This document shows, piece by piece, positions 28,713 through 37,873 of a DNA stretch of 64,000 bases (positions within the stretch are counted from its first letter, which is position 1; every line of letters begins with the position of its first letter). A model generated the notes under the pieces. The model saw only the letters and a list, made by a program, of their open reading frames with translations. It had not been told where the DNA came from and did no database searches. The DNA comes from Rubripirellula sp. (GTDB lineage Bacteria > Planctomycetota > Planctomycetia > Pirellulales > Pirellulaceae). The stretch covers positions 2,400,001-2,464,000 of the forward strand of contig OZ244207.1 in assembly GCA_965216875.1 (NCBI GenBank), written 5' to 3'. Made by a program: the position numbers and the translations under genes.

Positions 28713-31376
28713 CTAGTTTGAGCGATGCTCGTCGAGCCACTGAGTCCATTCCGGGACCGACTCGGGCGCCAGCACTGGCGTTGGTAGAGGTGGTAGTTTC
28801 TTGCTGCCAGGTGCGCCCGGTTCCTGCGCACGAACGGTCAGCACTCCATTCATGTCGACTTCAAAGCCGATCATCCTTGTTCGACTGATGCGATTGGAAC
28901 TCGGATCCTTGATGTCGAAATCGTAGCGACCCAGCGAATGCCAGTCATCACTTTCGACGCCGGATGATTCGACCAGTGACAACGTCATCGTTTCGCGGCT
29001 CTTGCCCACCGTCAACCGCCGATTGGTGCGGGCAGGCAACGAGGTGCCCTTGGGAATGATTGGCAAGATACGCCTGCGTCCGCGCACGTCTTCGACCACA
29101 ATCCCAATCGATTGACTGGTGATGCAGCGCGGTGGCATCGCGATGTCGCCGCGACCGGGAAGCTCACCCGCCAGACAGGCGGCGGCACCTTGAGCCACGT
29201 CCGCGCGATCAATCGATTTACACTCGGTCGACTCATCAAGCCCGCGGAGCATGGCGTCGCGAACCTCGGTGATCCGAAGCAGCGGGCCGCACGTGACACA
29301 AATGTCGAAATCGAGCAACGACAACTTCGCCTGATTGCACGCCTTCATGATCGACTTGCGCACTCCAACCACTAAGTCGTCACAGGCGTCAAGCCATTGT
29401 TGACGGGTGATGGTGACCGAAAGGCGTCCGTTAGGCACTTCGATCCCGACATCCACTTGTGGCATCAGCAACAACGAGTTCATCCCTTTTTCGCACGCGA
29501 TTTGCAAACGCGACGCCGAAAGGATCGACTTCCGCGGATCAAAACAGTGCTGCTCGTTGAACGCCTCGGCAGTGAGATCGACCAGCCGTTGCAACCAAGG
29601 AAGCGTCCCCATGTGCCAATGTCCGGCAGTCGCCAATTGGTGCAATCGCGAAGAATCGCGGCGGATGACCGAGACCTCGGTCGCTTGCCCCGTCACCCCT
29701 ACAAAGAGGATGTTTTGATCGGCATCGTGTTGCAACGAGGGGGCCGAGTCGGACGGATCGATCTCGGGTGCCAACAGCAATGTTTGCACCGCCGCGATCG
29801 AACGGTCAACCAATCGCACCGATTTCAGCCCGGCCATCTTCGCCGCCTGCAAGACGCTGCGCCGATGCAGTTGGTCGTAGCTGGCCGGGACCGTGATTGC
29901 AGCCGCGTCGGGCTGCGTCTTCCCAGGCCATGCATTGTCTTTCATTTGCCGCAGCACCATCGCAAGCAAAACTTCGGGCGGGCATCGCCGACCCGCGATA
30001 CTGCGCTCGACCACTTCTTTGCCGATGTACATTGGCAGACAGTGAACGAGGTTCTGAGGATGCTGGGCACGTCGCTCTATCGCGTGGTTGCCGAAATAGA
30101 GTTTGTCCTCGCCGCTTGCAACCGCCATGCGAAACAGGGCACGGTTGTCGGTCCCCGCCTTGAGCAGCGTCACGCCGCCTGTAGGCGAAGCCTCGGCCGC
30201 CGACGAGTAGAACATGCCAAGGTCAAAGGCCAGCACACGCTGGGTCGCCCCGGACGTCGAGCCACCCGAGTAAGTCGTGACGTCGCCATCAGTCTGTCGT
30301 TGGCTCAATTCGGCCAACCAAAGGGGCGCATCAGAGTTGTCGGTGTACTCGCTTAGGTCATCGACCACTTCGTCTAAGGACGCGTACCGTTGATCCGGCG
30401 ACTTGGCCATCATCCGGCGAAAGACATTGGCAAATTTGAGATCAACGTCGTCACGCGTCTGCATCAAGTCGGGGATCTCACCATGGCGATGACCGTAGAC
30501 TTGATCGAGATATTCACCGGTGTAAGGCGGACGACTGGTCAACAAAAAGTAAAGCGTTGCACCGAGCGAATAGATATCACTTCGTGGGTCGACCGTGTCG
30601 GGATCCTCGAGTTGTTCCGGTGACATGAAGGGAAGGGTGCCAACCAATCGACCCTTTCGTTTGGTTGCGTCAATATCCGACCCGGTGTCAATCAATTCGC
30701 CATCTTCGTTAAGCAACCCAACCGAACTGATTCGCGCCAATCCGAGATCGAGAATCTTCACGGTACCATCAGCGGCACGCATCAAGTTGCCTGGTTTGAC
30801 GTCGCGATGGACGATCCCCGCGCGGTGAGCGTGGAGGAGTCCGAGTGCCGCTTGCCGGATAACGGAAGCAGCTTCGCCAACCGAGAGTGGCCCGTTCTTG
30901 GAAACGACCTTGGTGAGCGTCATCCCATCGACGTATTCCATCGCAAGGTAGTGGACGCCGTTTTCTTCTCCCGCGTCAAAGGCCGCGACGATGTTCGGAT
31001 GCATCAGTCGGGACGCTGCACGCACTTCTTCGTAGAAGCGACTGACCGCGTCTTCATCCTTCATGCGATCAACGGGCAACATCTTGATGGCGACCACACG
31101 CTGCATTCGCACGTGTTCGGCAAGAAAGACTTGCCCCATGCCACCTGATCCGACCAGCTTTTTCAGCGAATAGTCACCAATTTGCTGTGGGATCGCGTCG
31201 ATCCCTGATTCGTCAAATGTCGCCGCAAGTTGAAACGATTCATCCCCCTCTCCAACACTCGCGATGTCGCGAGTCGGTTCGTCGGGGATCGGATAGTTGT
31301 TGCTTGAGGGTTCGGTCAATTTCGAATCGGCGGCGCAGGGTTGCTCGGAGGAGCCAAAAAACGCGTTTGCAGACAA
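28713..31376 (-). CDS. Ser/Thr protein kinase fused to a degenerate Hsp70 domain
   Basis: Kinase VGSGGMG, VAIK, HRDVKPGN, DLG, SPE; then Hsp70-like AFDLG, AITVPASY, AAKMAGL, IIPKGTSLPA, FEVDMNGVLTVRA. TTG start uncertain. Confidence 0.88.
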   Translation of the reverse strand: MSANAFFGSSEQPCAADSKLTEPSSNNYPIPDEPTRDIASVGEGDESFQLAATFDESGIDAIPQQIGDYSLKKLVGSGGMGQVFLAEHVRMQRVVAIKMLPVDRMKDEDAVSRFYEEVRAASRLMHPNIVAAFDAGEENGVHYLAMEYVDGMTLTKVVSKNGPLSVGEAASVIRQAALGLLHAHRAGIVHRDVKPGNLMRAADGTVKILDLGLARISSVGLLNEDGELIDTGSDIDATKRKGRLVGTLPFMSPEQLEDPDTVDPRSDIYSLGATLYFLLTSRPPYTGEYLDQVYGHRHGEIPDLMQTRDDVDLKFANVFRRMMAKSPDQRYASLDEVVDDLSEYTDNSDAPLWLAELSQRQTDGDVTTYSGGSTSGATQRVLAFDLGMFYSSAAEASPTGGVTLLKAGTDNRALFRMAVASGEDKLYFGNHAIERRAQHPQNLVHCLPMYIGKEVVERSIAGRRCPPEVLLAMVLRQMKDNAWPGKTQPDAAAITVPASYDQLHRRSVLQAAKMAGLKSVRLVDRSIAAVQTLLLAPEIDPSDSAPSLQHDADQNILFVGVTGQATEVSVIRRDSSRLHQLATAGHWHMGTLPWLQRLVDLTAEAFNEQHCFDPRKSILSASRLQIACEKGMNSLLLMPQVDVGIEVPNGRLSVTITRQQWLDACDDLVVGVRKSIMKACNQAKLSLLDFDICVTCGPLLRITEVRDAMLRGLDESTECKSIDRADVAQGAAACLAGELPGRGDIAMPPRCITSQSIGIVVEDVRGRRRILPIIPKGTSLPARTNRRLTVGKSRETMTLSLVESSGVESDDWHSLGRYDFDIKDPSSNRISRTRMIGFEVDMNGVLTVRAQEPGAPGSKKLPPLPTPVLAPESVPEWTQWLDEHRSN

Positions 31377-31662
31377 GGTGAAAAGTCGCCCACGGCACGT
31401 GTGAATTCAGCCGAGACGCCGAATTTCAGGGTGCTGCTGTCGGGACACTGCCGCCTGCAGTCCCCGTTCGATGCGTGGAACAAATCGATGAAGTTCGATA
31501 TAAGAGTAGAACTCGTATTATATGCGTCTGTACACGTAATCCCCTCTCACTATTTGTTCACCTTGCTGGCTGTTTTGATACCGCCACCTCCGATAATTCT
31601 GGTTTTTCTGGCCGATCGGAGGCGTCCCCAGATCATGTTGGCCAGCTGAGTTGGAGTTTTCA

Positions 31663-32622
31663 TTGCCTGAGTCATCCCAAGGCCCCAAAGAGTCCGCACC
31701 AATAGTACGCGTCGGCACGCGGCAAAGTCCGCTTGCAATTTGGCAGGCAGAAAACATTTCTGGCCGATTAATCGAACTGGGGCTCCAAACGGAACTTATC
31801 CCCCTCGTTAGTGGCGGGGACACCGACATGCGGCCCATCGATGGGACGCGCCAAATTGGTGTCTTTACCAAACGAATTCAGCAGGCACTTGTGGAATGCG
31901 AAGCCGACATCGCAGTCCACTCGCTCAAGGACCTTCCGACCGAATCCGATTCCAGATTTACGCTCGCCGCCGTCCCCGCGCGCGAGGTCGTCCCCGATAG
32001 CTTGGTTTCGAAATCGGCCTGGACGCTTGAACAGCTTCCCGAAGGAGCCATCGTCGGGACGGGCAGTCGCCGACGGGCTGCCCAATTGCTCAACCACCGG
32101 CCTGATCTGGACGTACGTCCCATTCGCGGGAATGTCCAAACGCGGCTCGCAAAGCTCGATGCGGGTGAATACGACGCGATTATGCTGGCGGAAGCAGGGA
32201 TTGTGCGGCTCGGAATGGAGGACTTGGCGCGATCTGTCTTGCCGATCGAACAAATGCTGCCCGCTCCTGGTCAAGGTGCGCTGGCGATCGAGGTGCGAAG
32301 TGACGACCAAGTTTCAAAGGACGCGGTCGCCCCGCTGGACGACTTGGCAACACGAGCAGCGGTCACCGCAGAACGAGCATTGCTGGCAGAACTGCATGGC
32401 GGATGCCTCGCCCCGATCGCGGCACTCGGAAAAGTCGAGCAAGGAACTTTGACCCTGGATGCGGTTGTTTTGTCGACCGATGGCAAAGAACGACTCGATG
32501 AGTCGGCGTCGGTTGCTTACGAGAGCGACAATTGGCAGGCAGCGGCCGCTGAAGTGGCTGATTCGGTCACCCGTTCGCTCGTCGCACGAGGCGCTCGCGA
32601 ATTGGTCGAGCAACAACGATAG
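31663..32622 (+). CDS. hemC: Hydroxymethylbilane synthase
   Basis: [57 protein letters not shown] start after ggag. Confidence 0.96.
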   Translation: MPESSQGPKESAPIVRVGTRQSPLAIWQAENISGRLIELGLQTELIPLVSGGDTDMRPIDGTRQIGVFTKRIQQALVECEADIAVHSLKDLPTESDSRFTLAAVPAREVVPDSLVSKSAWTLEQLPEGAIVGTGSRRRAAQLLNHRPDLDVRPIRGNVQTRLAKLDAGEYDAIMLAEAGIVRLGMEDLARSVLPIEQMLPAPGQGALAIEVRSDDQVSKDAVAPLDDLATRAAVTAERALLAELHGGCLAPIAALGKVEQGTLTLDAVVLSTDGKERLDESASVAYESDNWQAAAAEVADSVTRSLVARGARELVEQQR

Positions 32623-32712
32623 CCGATCAACAACAATACCAAAGCCTGACATGAAACCTCGCGAAGCCACGACCGAGGCCACCACCAACCCTCCCTAACC
32701 TCACGCGCGTCT

Positions 32713-34944
32713 ATGAATCGACCGACCGCAATGAAGCAACACTCCGATGCGTCTGATCACAAGCGATCGCGCACCGGCACTTGGATCGCGGTCGGTTTGG
32801 TGATGGGCGTGTTGACCGGGCTTTTCTTTGGCGAGTACTGCGAACCGCTGGAGTTGATTGGTCGAGCTTACGTCGGCTTGCTGCAGATGACCGTCTTGCC
32901 CTACCTCGTTCTTTCTCTGGTCGGAAAGATGGGGCGTCTCAACCCACAGCAAGCAAGGATGCTCGGGGTCGTCGCCGTCGGAGTGATGCTCTTGCTTTGG
33001 CTGATCGGCATCATCTTGATCGTCGTCCTTAGCAGCATGTTGCCCCCGATCGATGGTGCTTCGTTCTTCAACCCGGTCCACGAGCACATCACGTACAGCC
33101 AAGAGAGCTTCCTTTCCAACTACATCCCCACGAACATTTTCCACGCCCTGTCTCGCGAGTACGTGCCCGCAGTCGTGCTGTTCTGCCTTTGCCTTGGCAG
33201 TGCGTTGATGCTCGTTCCGGGCAAAGAGCGCCTGATCGACTTGCTTGATTTGTGCAGCGCTGGAATCACTCGAATCAACGTGTTGCTGGTTCGCCTTGCC
33301 CCCGTGGGCCTGTTTACGTTGACCGCCGCTGCAGCCGGCACACTTGAAGTCGACGAACTCTCGCGACTTCAAGCCTATGTGTTGCTGTTCACGATCGCTT
33401 GTGGAGTCGCAGCCTTTGCTGCGCTACCGCTCCTTGCAAGCAGCCTGACTCACGTTGGCTATCGCAAACTCCTCAAGGCATCGGGCGAACCGATGTTGAT
33501 CGCCATCGCAACAGGAAAACTCTTTGTTGCATTGCCTCAGATCGCGGAAAAGTGCGAAGAGCTCATCCATGAAGATGAACTTGCACGTCAAGCGGAAGAG
33601 GCAGGATCCGAGCCTCGTGATGAGAGCTTGCAGGAATCGACGGTTAGCGTTCTTGTACCGCTCGCTTACCCATTCCCACACATCGGCAAGCTGTTTGCAT
33701 TCCTGTTCATTTCGTTTGCAGCTTGGTACGCGGGACAATCGCTGACAACGGGCCAGACCGCGTCGATGGCGACCACGGGCGTGGTCTCCAGTTTTGCAAG
33801 CCCGTTGATCACCATTCCCTACATGCTTGACCGGTATCATTTGCCACAAGACTTGATGACACTGTTCATCTTGCCAGGCTTCCTCACAACGCGTCTGGCC
33901 GACCTCGTCGGCGTCATGCATTTGATGGTGCTTTCGGTCGTCGTGACGTCAGTGCTTCAAGGCCGCTATCGGCTGCGTCTCAAGCGATTGGTGATCTCAA
34001 TCGTTTCAATGGCCGTCTGTTTGGCAATCGCTGTGGTTGTCTCGCGCGCCTACCTCGCATCGACCACCTTTGCCTATGATCTCGACCAGAGGTTTCTTTC
34101 GCTCGAAATCAACTCGCCTCACGAGGACGTGGCCGTTTATGCCCCGGGCGAAACGATCCCTCCGCGCCAGGTCAATGGACGCTCAACACTTGACCGGATT
34201 CGTTCCGACCGAGTGATTCGCGTTGGCTATCATCCCGACCATCTTCCCTATTCATTTTTTAACAAAAAGGGACATCTGGTTGGTTACGACGTCGAGTTGA
34301 TGCACCAACTTGCCAACCGCCTCGATGTGCGACTTGAGTTTGTGCCCTATCAATACGGGACGCTCGTTGACGACCTCCAATCGGGCGCCGTCGATGTTGG
34401 AGTCGGTGGCGTGATGATGAACCCATCGCGACTGCTTGAAGCAGGCTTTAGTCGGCCCTACCAAACGGTCACGCTCTCCGTTGTCACGCCAGACTTCAAG
34501 CGGGCCGAGTTTGATTTATGGAACGACCCTCATCGCCGCGCAGGTTCAAAACTTGGTGTTGTTCAGGAAGACTTGGCCGGAGTCGCACGTCGTGAACTCG
34601 AAAACACCGAAGTGGTCGTTGTCGAATCGATGCGAGCGTATTTCGACGGCCGGTATCCCGATCTCGACGGTCTCTTGGTGCCAGCCGAGGAGGGGGCTGC
34701 GTGGAATGTGCTGCATCCAAAACACACCGTGATGGTTCCAGAGCCCCAATTGCAACGTCCCGTCTGCATGGTCGTTCGCCCTGATGATGCGGAATGGCTG
34801 ACCTTTATCAACCGCTGGCTCGATTTCGAAGAACTCGACGGCAATCCAGCACGCTTGCGGGGATATTGGGTTGAAGGAGGCGGCACGAAAGAGCGTCCGC
34901 CACGGTGGTGCATCGCACGAGATGTATTGGGATGGTTGCCGTAG
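32713..34944 (+). CDS. Cation:dicarboxylate/amino-acid symporter fused to a family-3 solute-binding domain
   Basis: LLQMTVLPY, IPTNIFHAL, LAPVGLF, VPLAYPF; C-terminal TLDRIRSDRVIRVGY...LVGYDVEL. Confidence 0.88.
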   Translation: MNRPTAMKQHSDASDHKRSRTGTWIAVGLVMGVLTGLFFGEYCEPLELIGRAYVGLLQMTVLPYLVLSLVGKMGRLNPQQARMLGVVAVGVMLLLWLIGIILIVVLSSMLPPIDGASFFNPVHEHITYSQESFLSNYIPTNIFHALSREYVPAVVLFCLCLGSALMLVPGKERLIDLLDLCSAGITRINVLLVRLAPVGLFTLTAAAAGTLEVDELSRLQAYVLLFTIACGVAAFAALPLLASSLTHVGYRKLLKASGEPMLIAIATGKLFVALPQIAEKCEELIHEDELARQAEEAGSEPRDESLQESTVSVLVPLAYPFPHIGKLFAFLFISFAAWYAGQSLTTGQTASMATTGVVSSFASPLITIPYMLDRYHLPQDLMTLFILPGFLTTRLADLVGVMHLMVLSVVVTSVLQGRYRLRLKRLVISIVSMAVCLAIAVVVSRAYLASTTFAYDLDQRFLSLEINSPHEDVAVYAPGETIPPRQVNGRSTLDRIRSDRVIRVGYHPDHLPYSFFNKKGHLVGYDVELMHQLANRLDVRLEFVPYQYGTLVDDLQSGAVDVGVGGVMMNPSRLLEAGFSRPYQTVTLSVVTPDFKRAEFDLWNDPHRRAGSKLGVVQEDLAGVARRELENTEVVVVESMRAYFDGRYPDLDGLLVPAEEGAAWNVLHPKHTVMVPEPQLQRPVCMVVRPDDAEWLTFINRWLDFEELDGNPARLRGYWVEGGGTKERPPRWCIARDVLGWLP

Positions 34945-35079
34945 CTCAGCCCGCATGAGCCAAACGGTGCAACAACGACACCATCTGGGGAGTCAAGGTT
35001 TTCCCCACTGCCGGAAAAACGCCCTGCTAAAATCTGTCGGTTGTCCCCGCCCCGCAGTGGAGGTTCCGTATTGGTTGGA

Positions 35080-35439
35080 ATGCAAAACCCTTACTCGCCA
35101 ACCGAGCTCGGCTCAGACAAAGAAAATGTGTTTGCTGAACCGGTGGAATCCCAATCGGTCCTACTCAAGAACCTGATTGGTCTGATCAGCGTCTCATCCT
35201 CATTCGCCGTCGTCTGTTTGGTCTACCGCTTGATGCAGTGGCAGATCGACGAGTTCCCGCCCATCATTGCAATCGTTGCTGCGGGCACAGCATCAGCGTG
35301 GGCCAACCTTCCCATTGGCGAGCGTTACAAGTGGAGCGGACCGAGCTTCCTGCTCTTCTTTCTCGCGGTTGGATTCTCAGTCACCTTAAACACCGTCGCA
35401 GCGGCCATCGCCGGCACTCTGGTCATGCATCTCGAATGA
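35080..35439 (+). CDS. Small membrane protein with N-terminal NPYxP motif
   Basis: MQNPYSP followed by three hydrophobic segments. Confidence 0.65.
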   Translation: MQNPYSPTELGSDKENVFAEPVESQSVLLKNLIGLISVSSSFAVVCLVYRLMQWQIDEFPPIIAIVAAGTASAWANLPIGERYKWSGPSFLLFFLAVGFSVTLNTVAAAIAGTLVMHLE

Positions 35440-35453
35440 CTAGTGAACCGAAA

Positions 35454-35480
35454 CGGGAGGGCGACGCTCCTGCGGAGCCA
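35454..35480 (+). repeat. Possible REP-like unit (single copy in the window)
   Basis: gggagggcgacgctcctgcggagcca between convergent genes; resembles a repeat type I recall from planctomycetes. Confidence 0.35.
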
Positions 35481-35509
35481 CGTTCTTCCCCACTAGCCGT
35501 CTAGCTTGC

Positions 35510-36244
35510 CTATCGGCTTAGCTTTTCGAACTCTTCGGGCGTAACGTCCCGATAGAGCTGCTGCATGCTTTGAACTTGATTGATCTCGTCACGATCCTCG
35601 TTCGAAAGAGCCGGCTTGATCTCCAAAGTGGACCGATGCCGAAGCATCCCTTCCTTGGTTGTCACAAGTCGCGTGATCTCTTTAGGCAGCAGACCGTCTG
35701 CGGTGATGCGATCGTTGAGTGTCATCAGCCCGAACTTTGGTGGGCCGAGGTTTTGAAACATATTCAAACGTGCGGCCAGATCGAAAAATCGACCGTAGTG
35801 CGCTGCGATCTCGCCCTGAGGTGCGTCCTGAGTTTCAACGCTGTAGCTGAATTTGTCGTAGCTGATCGAGTACTCGTCGCCTGAATTCTTGACTTCCGAA
35901 TTCAACCCCACGCGATCTGCCTTACCCTTTGCCGTCGCCGTCGCTCGCAGCTTTGCCGTGAAGTCGACCAAGTCGGGTGTACTGATTCGGGTCAGCACGT
36001 GGGCCTGACGATCCATGATCGTGATCTCTTCTCTGGCCCAGTCATAGATTGTGACCGTTCGTCCGTTGAGCTTCTGGACGTCGTAAATGACGCCCGAGTC
36101 AAACAGGATGTGATGCACATCAAGCGGCTTGTCGTTGCCAACCTCGTAGGTCGACGACACAACTTGAAATGTGACGGGCGTCGCGGCAGAAAGCGTTTGC
36201 GTTACCATGAATGTGGCCAATAGGACCAATAAGATCCGGTTCAT
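35510..36244 (-). CDS. Secreted hypothetical protein
   Basis: Signal peptide MNRILLVLLATFMVTQTLSA; the ORF fills the gap. Confidence 0.75.
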   Translation of the reverse strand: MNRILLVLLATFMVTQTLSAATPVTFQVVSSTYEVGNDKPLDVHHILFDSGVIYDVQKLNGRTVTIYDWAREEITIMDRQAHVLTRISTPDLVDFTAKLRATATAKGKADRVGLNSEVKNSGDEYSISYDKFSYSVETQDAPQGEIAAHYGRFFDLAARLNMFQNLGPPKFGLMTLNDRITADGLLPKEITRLVTTKEGMLRHRSTLEIKPALSNEDRDEINQVQSMQQLYRDVTPEEFEKLSR

Positions 36245-36524
36245 CTTGGATTGGGACGTGCTATCGAAGGGTGATTGGGCTCTTGACGCGTGGCAGCACG
36301 CCGAATGATCTCGCGGGCACAATTCTCGATCGCGACCAAAGATCTAGACGTGTTGATGCCCCGGAGCGTAGAAAAGCAACGATTCATACGTCCAGACGGA
36401 TATTCAAGACGGCGGCACGCTTGCTAGCATCTGGCCAGAGCAGCCAATCACAGTCGCGTCGCACAGCCATGTCGCATTGCCAGAGCGTTCATCGCGAAAC
36501 ACCCAAGCTTCCCTTTCAAAATCC

Positions 36525-37799
36525 ATGCATCGCACGCTCCTTTTTATTCCTCACGAAATCGCGGGCATTCCCGTCTTCGGGCTCGGCTGGGTACTGATGA
36601 TTGTCGCCGCTGCCTTGGTGGGGCGATTGATTTATGCCTCTCGAAAGGGCCAATCGATCGGAACGCTTTTGGCAACCGAGGGCGTCATGTGGGGCATCGT
36701 GATGGCTGCCGTCGTGTTTGTCTTGCCCCGAGTCGAACTGGTCAATATCGAGCGCGAGCCGGTCGGGATGGCGATCCGCGGCTACGGTGTGATGTTGCTT
36801 GCAGGTGTGGTTTCCGGAGTGGGCCTCGCAGCCTACCGAGCCAAACGTCGCGGTATGGATCCCGATGTGATCCTGTCGATGGCACCATGGGCATTTGTGG
36901 GCGGCATCTTGGGCGCCCGTCTCTTTTACGTGATTCAGTATCGTGAAAAATTCATCGGTGACACGATTGCCGAAACCGCTCGCAATGTCTTTGCGTTTAC
37001 CGAAGGCGGGCTGGTGGTCTACGGCTCGTTCATCGGTGGCTTCCTCGCGTTGGTCTACTTCATCATTCGACATCGACTGCCGCTGTTGAAACTTGGTGAC
37101 GTCATCGTTCCCTGCCTGTTCATCGGTGTCTTTTTCGGGCGCATCGGCTGTCTGATGAACGGATGTTGCTACGGCGGACGGTGCGAAGACGGCTGGGCGG
37201 CACTCTATTTCCCCCCAAACACTCAGGTCTACAGTGACCAGATCGCAACCGGCGAATTGCTCGGCATGAACGTCGACCCACAATCACGTGAGGTCAAAGA
37301 GGTGGCGCCAGAAAGCCCCGCGGGCAAAGCTGGGATCGCGCCGGGCGAAGTGGTCAACGAAATCACCTCCGACTTGGCAACGCTCAGCACAGCGCCAACC
37401 GATATCCCGCGCGAAGACGTCGTGCTTGGAATCGCTGCCACGGTCGGCGGAAAACGGTATCGCTGGTCACCCGACGAGTTGCCACCGCGCGCACTTGCGG
37501 TGAGTCCCGCGCAGTTGATCAGCAGTGGCAGTTCGCTCGTCCTTTGTTGCCTACTTTGCGCCCTCTCCTACGCGCGATTGCGCGAAGGAATGGTGATGAT
37601 GATTGGGTTTGCGTCTTACGCCATCCTGCGCTTTGTGCTCGAACTGGTTCGCGTTGACGAAGCGGGGCAATTCGGCACCGGGCTTTCGATTTCCCAACTC
37701 GTCAGCATTGTGGTCTTCACACTTTCGGTCGGCGGAATGATCTGGCTATCGCTGCGACCGCCAACGGACCCGGTGCCACAGGAAGCGCCGGCCAGCTAG
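36525..37799 (+). CDS. lgt: Prolipoprotein diacylglyceryl transferase with a PDZ-like insertion
   Basis: IRGYGVM, GILGARLFYV, GGLVVYG, GRIGCLMNGCCYG, RFVLELVR, SQLVS. Confidence 0.9.
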   Translation: MHRTLLFIPHEIAGIPVFGLGWVLMIVAAALVGRLIYASRKGQSIGTLLATEGVMWGIVMAAVVFVLPRVELVNIEREPVGMAIRGYGVMLLAGVVSGVGLAAYRAKRRGMDPDVILSMAPWAFVGGILGARLFYVIQYREKFIGDTIAETARNVFAFTEGGLVVYGSFIGGFLALVYFIIRHRLPLLKLGDVIVPCLFIGVFFGRIGCLMNGCCYGGRCEDGWAALYFPPNTQVYSDQIATGELLGMNVDPQSREVKEVAPESPAGKAGIAPGEVVNEITSDLATLSTAPTDIPREDVVLGIAATVGGKRYRWSPDELPPRALAVSPAQLISSGSSLVLCCLLCALSYARLREGMVMMIGFASYAILRFVLELVRVDEAGQFGTGLSISQLVSIVVFTLSVGGMIWLSLRPPTDPVPQEAPAS

Positions 37800-37873
37800 A
37801 TGGAATTTCGCGGTTTCGCCAAGTCCCTGGCATTTCGTATCCTCGTCCCAACTCATCCAGGACGAGGAAGACG

